Shown: positions 10,801-21,456 of the stretch, piece after piece
Numbering within the stretch: the stretch's first letter is position 1
How the letters are laid out: each line of letters begins with the position of its first letter
Source: Guillardia theta CCMP2712
Taxonomy: Eukaryota; Protista; Cryptophyta
Length of the DNA stretch: 55,372 bases
Direction of reading: 5' to 3'
NCBI RefSeq assembly: GCF_000315625.1
Contig: NW_005434665.1
Coordinates: 849,188 to 904,559 of the forward strand
Notes under the pieces: generated by a model
What the model saw: only the letters and a program-made list of their open reading frames with translations
Told to the model about the DNA's origin: nothing
Database searches by the model: none
Made by a program: the position numbers and the translations under genes

Positions 10801-13279
10801 TGCCTGAGCGTTAAACGCCTGATTGAACGCTCTGTCGTGCTGGATGTTTGCGGGCATCGCGTATCCCGTCCACCCGCTCTCTTGCATCGCGTCAGCTCCT
10901 TGATAGAGCATCTGGTTCGACATCATGGCCGCTTGGTACGCACTCTTGTTCTGTTGGTACTCAGCCACCTTCATGGGACCCGTCAGCCCTTCTTGCTGCA
11001 GTCGCGTCAGCCCACCTCATCAGGAACGTCCCACGTCGTCTCTCCTGTCTCCTTGAAGTAGTAACAAGATCCGTCACTCATGTTCGCCTGACTCCATCCT
11101 GTGTCTCCGATCTGAAGCGCGCGAGTTAGAAGGAAGAGGAGCCGGCCATGTTGAGGTTGCCTGCTCGGACCCGATGACCGTGGCATCGTCCTCGTCCTCG
11201 TCTGGTTCAGGAGCATTTCCGGCAAACCTGGCGACGGGTGGATCCACAAAACCTGGAGACGAGCGAAACATCAATTCATGCGCATGACATAGCTAAATCA
11301 TAACAAACAACGATAACGTGTAGTGGAAAGAACATACCAGGGGGCTTGTCCCATGTGGTTTGGCCGTTTAACGTATTGTAGTAATAGATGGCGCCGTCGT
11401 TTGCTAATGACAAACATAGATCACTGATTCAACTCCCATTAGCTTGTCAGATGTTACTTGTGAAGGCTTGCCAAGGCTGTGATTCACGCTGCATTTGGAA
11501 TTGTGGGTGCTCCCTTTGCATGTAGTTCATCATGGACACTGAGAAGCACCGTTACTCCTGTTCCCCTCTCGCGCGAGAAAACACCACCATCAGCGTTGCC
11601 ATAGGGAACAGGAGCAGCATGTCCAGGTTGCATCGGCTTCATCTCTTCCTCGGACTCATAGTCGTCGGGTGGGAGCTCTGGGGAACATCTCGCCAGTCAG
11701 CCTAACAAACAGCCCGGGAGGATTTCAGCAGGAGGAGGTTCAGACCTTCGTGTCGAATGATCTCGAGGCGATAGGCCTCCGTTTCTCTCTCCCTGTACGT
11801 CTCTCAGGTTCGACCAACTTTGCTGATGTTGCCGACGCACCTTCCATCAGGCAGTCGGATGCAATACGACGGAGGGTCCAATGTCCTGTCGGCCAACTCA
11901 GACATTCATTGGCAAACGATAGAGACTGACCTATCAATGGAAACAACTTGCACCTTTCCGGGGAACACAAAAAGTGAGAACGCAGTCAAAGCAACGAGCA
12001 AGAAAGAGCAAACCTCTTTGTAGGAACCATCTCTATCCCTGGCGAGAAGAGAAATTAGTAAATTACGTAATGATCGTTCGGAATGCAGTACTTGTATCGA
12101 CAGATTGTTCCCAGTCTTATCGAATCCTTGATCGCATTTCCAGATTCTCTATAGTTTCCTCCATGACTCCTCCCACTGATGGAACAGGTGGGATGCGTGA
12201 CTTGTGGCGTAATGAAAGATAGAAAGAAAACCTTTCAGCAGGCATCCCTTTTGACGTTCGGTTTGAGGATGAAAAGGAAGCATTTCCTTGAGGTTTAGGG
12301 AGGAATGGTTGGGGTACGGATTGGTTTGGAGGGAACGAACCCCTAGGCTGGTTTTGGAAGTTGCTCGAGTTGAAGGTCCCTGCCACGATCTCAGCAAGTG
12401 AAGCCCAGGGGTCAAGGTAACAGACCTTGCATCGGAAAGTTCGAGGAGTGACGTGGGTTCTGCATTCCACTGTGTTCACAAGGGATGCATGGATGGAAGG
12501 GGTGGACGCCCGTGCTCATGACATACCATGCTCATCGGCTTCTTTGGGTCCATCTGTCCTCCAGGCCCTCCCTGTGACATCATCTGCAGACAGTCTGAGC
12601 GATGCGTAGGAGGAAGTGAAGCTAGTTCCCAACATCATCTGAAGGCATGAAATTTGCGCGATTGACCGGAGGAACAGGAGGCATCCCCTGTGCAGCAAGT
12701 CGACCGAGTCATCTTCTGCGCAAGCAGCCCTCTCTGATCCTCCAAAGAAAGCTCACCTGGCCCATAGGCTGTCTGCTCTGCATGTTTGACATCTGATTCG
12801 GTGCCATGAACTGATCCCCCATTCCTCTCGGGAAACCTTCAACGGCAGGTCATTCATGCTGGGAGCGATCAAGTAAAACCATTGTTCATCCAGTTCCCGT
12901 TGTTTTGCTGTTGGTTCCATTGCGCCTGCTGGCACCATGAGTAAGGTCAGCCGTCTCCTCGTCCGCATACCTGAGAGCTAAATCCAGGATTCATCATCAT
13001 GTTCTGAGGCACGTTAGGTTGCATGGCCATCCCAGGCATCACTTGCGGATTCGCCTGCATCCCTCCCGGCATGGAAGGGCCACCAGGCATGGCAACAGGT
13101 GGGAAACCTCTCATGTCGCCAGCTTGAGGGCGATTGCCAGGCATGCCGGGAGCGTGCATGTTAGGAAGGGGCGCGTTCATGGTCTGCTGCATCCCCGGTA
13201 TGACACCAGGGAAACCAGCGGGACCAGGCATGGCGTTCATCATGTTTGGCATGTTTGGCATGTTAGGCTGCATGTTCAT
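7881..13279 (-). CDS. WW- and FF-domain splicing/elongation factor, TCERG1/PRP40C-like (multi-exon)
   Basis: Met/Pro-rich N-terminus at 13279. WW1 WQAFTTNDGAIYYYNTLNGQTTWDKP (about 11340-11480, split by an intron). WW2 GWSQANMSDGSCYYFKETGETTWDVP. FF repeats FKEMLLEK / WEKELPKFCFEPRY / ESKWTAYKEKL / KERLFRDHIK. Likely stop 7881-7883. Linking 11700-13279 to the WW/FF part is inferred. Confidence 0.75.
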
Positions 13280-13839
13280 CCCGCCTTAAGCGCCTTGAAA
13301 GCTGGGAGGTGCTGCTTTGCCACCAACAGACGATGCGAGAGCTGGAGAATGCAAAGAGTCAAATCGTTCATCCATGATGCCAGCCGCCTACCTAATAGAA
13401 AGCCAGCCCTTCAGACAACCTGTCGCGGAATCAACTCAGCCAAATGGAGAAAGCAGATGGAAAAGCCGTCGTCTCTCATCAGCGATAGAAATATCAACAT
13501 CAGATTGCCATTTCTCGACATCACAAAACACAACACGAGGAATATTGGACGGAACATTCGTCGATGCAAGCCACAAATACACGAGATCTGCAACCCCGAC
13601 GCATACATCATCGTCATCTTTCCACACCATCAGCAGGAGAATGACAGGAGGACCATGTTCTTCTTCGCATGAACCTCCGTCCTCTCCTCTTCCACCTCTC
13701 CCTCCCGCTTCCTCTGCCGGCATGCTGATTACCTCCATCTTCCCTCCATGCGGAAGCACGACCGTTACAGATATGAAACCGAAAGCAGTTATGGAACGTT
13801 TCTTATACGTTACTCCATCAGTACGTTGATATTGGATAA

Positions 13840-14105
13840 AGTACCCCACCCACCGGTACCGAAAAGTACCCCAGGTGAATCAGTACCCCCACCATTACTT
13901 ATAAGCACTGTTCTTTACATTGGTGGGGTAGTCGGCATAAGGGGTTGTAGCAGACAGCAATTGGATTCATTTGGAACAGCCCTGGGGTTTTCAACAGGGG
14001 GTAGGGGTACCTTTAGGGTCCAAAATTAAGCTAATAATCAGGGGTGCTTTACATTATTCATCTGGGTAGGGTCATTGATATGTTCTGATATGTAGGGTGG
14101 GGTGG
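13840..14105. promoter_or_regulatory. Divergent intergenic tract rich in TACCCC/GGGGTA motifs
   Basis: gtacccc x3 on the left, then ggggta/gggtag repeats on the right, between head-to-head genes. Function inferred only. Confidence 0.4.
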
Positions 14106-14122
14106 CAAGGAGGCAGCGAGCT

Positions 14123-14647
14123 ATGTCGGCTACTTCAACGATGATGCCGAAGGCGACGATGGTGATGGCGATGGTGGTGATGATGGCGATGCTGGTCCAA
14201 GCCAGGATGCCCAGGAATGAAGAAGACAGGAGGAAAATGGAGGAGAGCTTGCGCGCTCAGAGAGACAACGGCGTGCATGTTTACTATGTTCTGGTCAAGC
14301 GCCCGGAAAGTGGAGCCAACACCTTGGAACGCACCCGTGAGATTGCTGGAAAGTTTCAGCAGAGAATCGCAAAAGACACTCATGTTGCTGTCCATGCAGC
14401 CTCCAAGGCAAGAATGAGATGACAAGCGTTAGTTGTTCGGTACTGACAGCGTTTGGTACAGGATAAGATTGTTGTCAAGGTTCAGGGCGATGAGAAACTG
14501 GCCAACGAGATTGTTTCTGCTGTTGAGGCCTTCCCTGAAGCTGGCATTGTAGAGAAGAGGCCTATCTACAGGACGCTCGGAGACCAGTCAAGGTTCGGAG
14601 GAGGAAGGCGCATGGGAGTTCCCAAGCCGGAGACCGCAACAATGTAG
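14123..14647 (+). CDS. Small secreted/ER protein, MESD-like (exons 14123-14407, 14462-14647; GC-AG intron)
   Basis: Signal peptide (MVMAMVVMMAMLVQA). The intron aag|gcaaga...tactgac...cag| removes an in-frame TGA. Mature core VYYVLVKRP...LERTREIAGKFQQRI...DKIVVKVQGDEKLANEIVSAV resembles the MESD ferredoxin-like core. Confidence 0.55.
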
Positions 14648-14879
14648 ATAAGAGGAAGGATGAAAGGAAGGACCAAGTGAGAAGTTAGCCTTCTCTTCAG
14701 TATGTTGAGAGTTTGTCAGATTTGCGTGTTTGTTTTAACGATTGCAAACTTGTCAAGCAATTGTGTCTGGGAATGCTCCTGCATTAACCAGAGGTGCAGA
14801 ACAAAGATTTGCACTTGTAGAAGTGTGAAAACGCGGGGCAGATATCGATTACACCTCGAACATCCGTCTTTTCACTCCT

Positions 14880-16471
14880 TTACTTCTTCTTTGATGAAGC
14901 AGCAGAAGCGATTCTACAGTTGCTCATCATCTGCATGACCTGAAAAGAACAAGAAACAAAGTCAAGGATTGAAATGCAGCGGCGAACAAACAGACCATAT
15001 CATGGTCTGCCATAGCTTTGATCAACTCTCTCTCGACCGGGGTTGCATCCTTAACAAACATTCCCTGGGCTTGTTTCGCAACCTTGCAAGTACCATCAGA
15101 GTCTATCCTCCACGCCTGGTCTCCCATCGCTCACCTTTCCTTTTTTACCTTGTCCAGGAGTTATCTTCACCTTGTACTTGTAGTTCTACTTGGCGGTGAG
15201 GACGAGGCAGGAAGGGAACGATCGATACCTGCATGGCGAAGTACGGCGCACACACCGGCAGACAGTAGAGGAGAACATCGTCGCTTCGAGGCTTATGAAA
15301 TTATGTCAAGGAAACAAAGATGTAGTCTTAACGTACAAGCGCAGTGAAGAGGTCGAGGTCGACGACCTGGCAAGCATGATCAGGGTGGGCATGCGAAGAC
15401 CAGCAGCAGGCCAACCTTGTCTTTCTCTTCCTCATTGAGCTCGACGATCCCCTGATGCAGACATCACGTTCGAACAGGCCGAAAGAGCATCGCAGCACCT
15501 CATCCTTCTTGATCGCCTGAATCTCTTTCTTCTCCGCCTTCGCCTTCTGACGAGTCGCCTTGGCCTGCTGGTCTCGGAAGCGATGGCAGATACCCGACAG
15601 GAACGCGGCCTTGTTCTTCACTTGATCCAATATCTTCCATGCATGTCATCCCCTTCCGAAGTCCCCCCCATTCTAATAGTTTCTAGAGTGCAAACCTGAG
15701 CGTCTGCAAAACGAGCAAGGATCTCCAGAGCATCTGGCACTCAACTTCACAACCCGACATCCACAACTCCTCCTCCTCGTCTCTGCCCACACAAGACAAT
15801 CCCTCACCTTCCTCGCCAAACTCCGCCAACTTCGCAAGAGTGCTCTTGTCGAAGTCCTGCTGCCACGTCAGCACGCCAGGGAGCCAAGGAAGGGCCGCGG
15901 ATGCTCCTCCTCCCTTTACCTTCCTCGCGCATTTCCCGTCTTCAATGATCTTGAAGAGCCTTGCTTCCACACTGCGACCGCAACAGCCGTCAACAGAGTA
16001 GCAGCATTTCTCCAGCTGGACTCAACCTGGTCTTCAACCCCGTGGGCTCATAATCCTCTTCCTACAAGGTTGTGAGGAGGAACACAAAGGGAGGGAACGA
16101 GAGCTACCTGCGCCTCCTCATCCTCCTGCTCTTCATCATCATTCGCTGCCCCCGGAAACTCCTTCCGGTGTCTGCCAACGTCCATCGTGAGCGAAGGAAG
16201 GGACGCCTCCGGCATCCCTTCTCACCCGAGCATGAACATCGCCGCCTCCCTCTCGTCATCGTCCTGAGTGAACGCTCACACGTGGAGGAGGAGAAGGGAG
16301 AGGAAGCAGCGGACCTGATCTCTGTACTTCCCTTTCTTCTTCTTCTTGGCGTTCTGGCCCCTCTTGGTCTGAGGCGGTTGGTTCTTTTCCTCTTCCGGTG
16401 CTTTCTTCTGCGCTTTCTTCTGATTCCCTTTGGCCTTCTGACAAATCGAGAGTGATTTCCCTTCCTGCATC

Positions 16472-16543
<72 letters not shown>

Positions 16544-19500
16544 GTTCTCCTTTCACTTTCTACTCACTCTGACGTCTTACTCTTCCTTTGGTTTTAATTC
16601 TCCTGATTCCTCTTCACCTGCTCAACTTCTTGCTTCTGCTGTATCTCAGCGTTGTCTTCTTCCCCGCCCCCCGTCGATGATTTCTTCATCTTCCTCCTCT
16701 CTGCCGCTGAAAGATGTCGCTTGCCGCCTGCACGGGTTGAGCTGGGGGCATGCGGATGTTCGGTCTTTGACCTGGTCTTCCCGCATCGCTCTTGGTCGCG
16801 TCCTCGCCTCCTTCCTCCTCCTCCTCATCGTCGTCCATGAACGCTGCCATGCTCACCTGTGCAGTGACAAGTCAGAAGGAAGGAGGACGAAATCTTTGCG
16901 GCGAGCTACCGCAGCTCCTATGCGGATGCCGTCGGATCCTTTGCTGCCCGAGTCGACGTTGTGCGCATCCTGGTACGGGTGAGGGGATTCATCGCACCAA
17001 GGCAAGTGAACTTACGGGCTGAGCAGGAGCAGCTCGGAAGTTTCCTTCCTTCGGGTCTTTCTCTTGCACGGGTTGAGCGGCTGCTCCTTGGCTCTCGCTC
17101 ACTTTTATCGCCTCCATCTTTCTCTCCGCGCTGTTCACATCTTGCTGTACTTTATCAGAGCTCTTCCCTCCTGCCTTCGTTTCCTTGCTCCCCATCTTCT
17201 GCCCACCTGCGCAGATTGTTATCATCTGCCTGCCCTCATCTCCGCCATCTCACCTTTTGATTGCCTTGCATCACTGTCCTTCTTGCCACCATCCTTCTCC
17301 TTCGTTTCCTCTCCCTCCTCCTCTCCTTCCTCCTCCTCCTCCTCCTCCTCCTCTGGAATCTCGTCCGAGTCCCCAGCTTTGCCCATCTCTTCCTCTTGCT
17401 CGCCCAGCCCACGGATCTTTCGTTCCCCAACATGGTGGGCGAGGCAGCTCTCGTCAATCCGAAAGAGGAGCCCAAACCCCATGATGAGCGAGTTGGGAGG
17501 GAGGTAGTTCTTCTTTCCTCGGATCATGAAACTTCCCGTGCTCAGGTACTCTCCTGTTGGTGCGCTCTTCGACACTTGCTCCGGGTGCACCCAGTAAGCG
17601 CTCGTTACCATCTTGGCGTCCCATGCCTGGCTCCTGCACACACAAGACAGCCCAGCCTGTGCGAGGGTAAGGGGAGGAACGGCATCCTTGGTATGGTTCT
17701 TTATGATGTGGGTAGCCGCGCCATGGATGTCAGCGTGCAGGTAGATGTCTCCTTTCTCCATGTGCCGCTTCACCAGCAGCTCGTTCTGCTGCGCGTCTCT
17801 ACCGCACAGCACGAGGAAGTTCTCCGAGCTGATAAACCAGATGAATTTCTCGAACCAGTGGGTCTTCCTGATCTGCTGTATGCTCGCCTTCGTGTCTGCC
17901 TTCTTCAAGTCCTCCTTCGCCTTCCTCTCCGCTCCCTTGATCGCCTTCCCCGCTGCCTGCATGGTCTTCTCCGCCTTGAGCGCCACCTTCTTCTTCGAGC
18001 TGTAGTAGCTCTGCGCGTTCTGATACGCGTTCATCCCCAGGTCCACATCCACCGCCACCACAGGCAGCGTCTGCTCCTCCTCCTCCATCGCGTCCAGTCC
18101 GAAGGTGAGGAGGAGGGTGATCTGGTTGGAGTCGAGCTTTAACCCATGGATCATCTGAGCAATCGGATTCCCCTTCCTCCCCTCCTCCTTCACGAGCTTC
18201 TTCAGAGACGCCCAGTCCATCCCCTGACTCAGCATGCTGTTGATCACCAGGATAGCGTTGTCCACGTCGCTCAAGTTCGCCTCGATCAGCGTCGCCCGGT
18301 GGTAGTTCTCCGCCTCCTCCTCTTGCAGCGCCTGGATACTGGCCTCGTGCGCACGCTTCACCCTCTCTACCTTGCTGACCGCAGCCTTCTTCTGCTGCAC
18401 CTTCTGCTGCTCTAGCTTCTTGTCCTCAGCGATGGAAAAGTAAGCATCCATGGCCTTGTCGAACGAGTCGAACATGTCAAGCTTCTTCCCGGCGTACTGT
18501 CGGAGGACCACAGGGCCGAAGTCGTCGTACGGGCTGTCCTCCCCTGCTCCCTTGCGGACCAGCACGCCCTCGATCATCTTTCCGCCATCCGTCAGGTTCG
18601 CAATCATATCGTCCACCTCCTTGAAGACGCCGAACAAGGTCGAGACGACCGGAGAGTCGCGAGTGATCTCCATCTCTGACACCTTCATCTTCCCATCCAA
18701 GCTCGTCCCCAGCAGGGCGTGCTCGACGAGAGCTGGGCCGTAGTCCAGCTCCTTGATCAGCACGTCCCTCATCGTTGCCTTCTCGTTCTTCGCGCCCTTC
18801 CCAAACGCCTCCATCAGAAGGTCGACCGATATCTTTCGGTTCTCGTTCTGGTTGCTGTCTAGCTGGTAAGTTTCTTTCACGGCAACCTTTGTGTTGGTGG
18901 CTTCATCCGTGTACGTTCGCAGGAGGGCCAAGATCGTGTACTGGTGATCTACCAGGATAATGTTCCCACCCGCAAACAGCTCCAAGATCAAATGAAATGC
19001 CTCGTCTGCAATGAAGAGAGGAGGAGGTCGAGAGCGAGAGGAAAGAAGAGAGACCGTCAGCCTTGAGCATCAACTCATCGACACTCCACCTGCCGCCCCG
19101 AACGTGAAGATCACGACGCGATCGACCCCCAGCTGCTTCACCTGCAGGGACCTGAGGAGGAAGCCAGCCAAGAGGCTCCTCAACCCGCTCACCTCTTCGA
19201 TCCTCTTCATTCGGATGTGCTTCCGCAGCTTGAGCGTGAAGCCTGACGGCATGTTGCTCTTGTCGCGCATGAACTCCGTGGTGTGGAACCGGATCCCCTG
19301 CATCGCAGGCCCTCACAACCATGCCGCACGTCAAGTCTACCAAGGACGCGGAACCCACCGACTCCAGCAGCACCAAACACTTCTCCCCGCTCTGCAACGG
19401 GAACCGTTCAGTCATCCAAGGAGAGAGCAGCCAAGCCCCTCCAGCAAGAGCATGCCGTACCTTGTTGGTCTTGAGGAGGTACGTCTTGGCATCGAGGTCG

Positions 19501-19642
19501 TATATGTTAGCCAACCTCGCCCCCAAGAGCTACGTTACACTGTCAACCTCCAAAGAATCTCGCACGACAAGAAGATCACCTGAGATCTCAGATTTGCCAC
19601 GGATGCCTTGACATCCAGGACTGTCATACGAGTCTTCCCCAT
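14880..19642 (-). CDS. NEMF: Ribosome quality control factor NEMF/Rqc2 (NFACT-N, coiled coil, NFACT-R, NFACT-C)
   Basis: Start MGKTRMTVLDVKASVANLR; LGARLANIYD, PSGFTLKLRKHIR, LILELFAGGNIILVD; HWFEKFIWFISSENFLVLCGRDAQQNELLVKR, LHADIHGA, QVSKSAPTGEYLSTGSFMIRGKKNYLPP; NFACT-C LYCLPVCAPY...YKYKVKITPGQGKKGK; stop TAA 14880-14882. Confidence 0.95.
16475..16542. repeat. (CTCCTG)n intronic microsatellite
   Basis: About 11 tandem hexamers within an NEMF intron. Confidence 0.85.
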
Positions 19643-20154
19643 GCTCCTATGCAATCCGGCGGCTGGCACGAAAGATTCTCAGGTCAACAGCTAGCATATC
19701 ACGTACACGCCATATGCTGTGAGAGGGAGGGAATGAATACTTTGGAACACTGCTCTCTAGTATCTGATGGACATGTCACCTCCACTTCGTCTCGAGCTGT
19801 TGCATGCACTTCACTCCTACGGAACATAATTCTATTCTGTTCTGCGACATGTTTTGCTCTGATCTTTGCTCAATGCTCCTCTCATCTCTTCTTCACCTTC
19901 TGTTCTTGAACCTTCATGCTATCATGTCCTCCTTCTCATTCCTTACCCCTCATCCTTCCGTCCCTCCTCTCCCTCCTCCTCCTCCTCGGCGACATGAGCT
20001 GCATGCGTTCGCACGAACTGCACGGAGCATGTCCAAGAACCTCAGACTTCCAAGGAAGCGAGAAATGAGGGCGATGAGTCGGTCGACAGTCACTGAACGG
20101 CGGCCGGACTCCGGTCGGCCCGGCCGGGCATCACTGAGTCTTTTTGGGTCCATT

Positions 20155-20680
20155 CAAAGGGTGGGTGATAGAAGTCAGAAGGAGGGGTCATGCTACAACC
20201 TGACTTTTTGATTGGAAAAGAGATGAGTAAAATGAAGGGAACAGTATACTAAGGGGTGGGGTATTCAGACGGTGGGTGAGGTATCATGATGGAGGTGAAA
20301 GGAAGGGGTCATGGACAAACTATGGGTAGGGAAAGCAAGATCAAAGACCGGTAGGGTACTTAAAGTAGGGGTAATGAAAATATAAAGGGGTGGTAGGTGT
20401 AAGGGGTGGTCCCTGGTACTACTTTGTTTGGGGGCAAAAGAAGCAACTAGTCGAGATGATCTGGGATTTCAAGAAGGTTTTGACAGGGGTAGGGGTAGGA
20501 TAGGTCAGGGTAATGGATAAAGAAGGGTGGGTACTCTCAAATGTATCATCGAAAATGAAGGGTCATCTGGGTATTTTTATTTAGTCAGATGGTTGGTAGG
20601 GGTGTGATATTTAGGGGTAGCAAGAAAAAGGGTGGGTCTTTGTAAAAATGACACAAGCAGGGTGGGGTGGTGATCTCGTT
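20155..20680. promoter_or_regulatory. GGGGTA/GGGTGG-rich intergenic tract between divergent NEMF and U-box genes
   Basis: Many ggggta/gggtag/gggtgg motifs on the + strand, flanked by a CT-rich tract on the left and a GA-rich tract on the right. Confidence 0.4.
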
Positions 20681-21456
20681 CAGTACTCTATGGCGCAAGG
20701 AGCGTGACTGCAGTGAGAGGATGTGTGGGGCGATGGCAGGGGAGAGGGGAAAGGCGAAAGATAGGTATGGTTCGGGAGAGAGGATGAAGAAAACAGGAAG
20801 AGTGAAAGAAGAGGAGGAGAAAACAAGGAAAGCGTAGGGGAGGAAGGTTTGGGAAAGAAGCATGTTCGATTACCAACCATTCAAATCGGGTCGAGGTTGG
20901 AGGAATGGGCGTGGAAGATGCGAAGATGACGAGCGGTACCAGTAAAGCGAAAGTAAGTTCGAGGAGCACAGACAGCAGGGGACGAGGAATGATGGAGGGA
21001 GGGAACAGAAGTCCATCGAAGCGAACGGTAAAAAGTCAGAACCATTGTAGCTTCAACTATGTCAGATGATGATGGATGGGCGGTTTGTAGAGATGAGAGG
21101 GTTGGGTACAAAGTAGCAGATGATGATGCGAAGATATTTGTCGAAGGGTAGATGCGAACATGATGATGTACTCGAAGTGCAGGGAATTTTATCACCTGCC
21201 TTCGGTCTGCAACGTATCGAAACAAACTCAGTCTACACTAGCACAACAACCCAACATGCATACCTTGCAGTGAGTCAGAATCATTGTAGAGAATAGGGTA
21301 ACAGACGAGTTCGAAAGGTGCGATGGGTGGTTCGTTCTGTTGAGGGTCCCTATCATCTTCGACCTTTCCGACTGATTGAAGTGTTGCAGCCAGTTTACGG
21401 CACGAAAGATGGCTTGAGGTGCAAACAGGACGAGGAAGGATTGTTGAGACTCGGCC

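Noticed and set aside
20155-21200. Telomeric repeats or a transposon
   Set aside because: No fixed repeat unit, terminal repeats, target-site duplication or transposase/RT ORF seen
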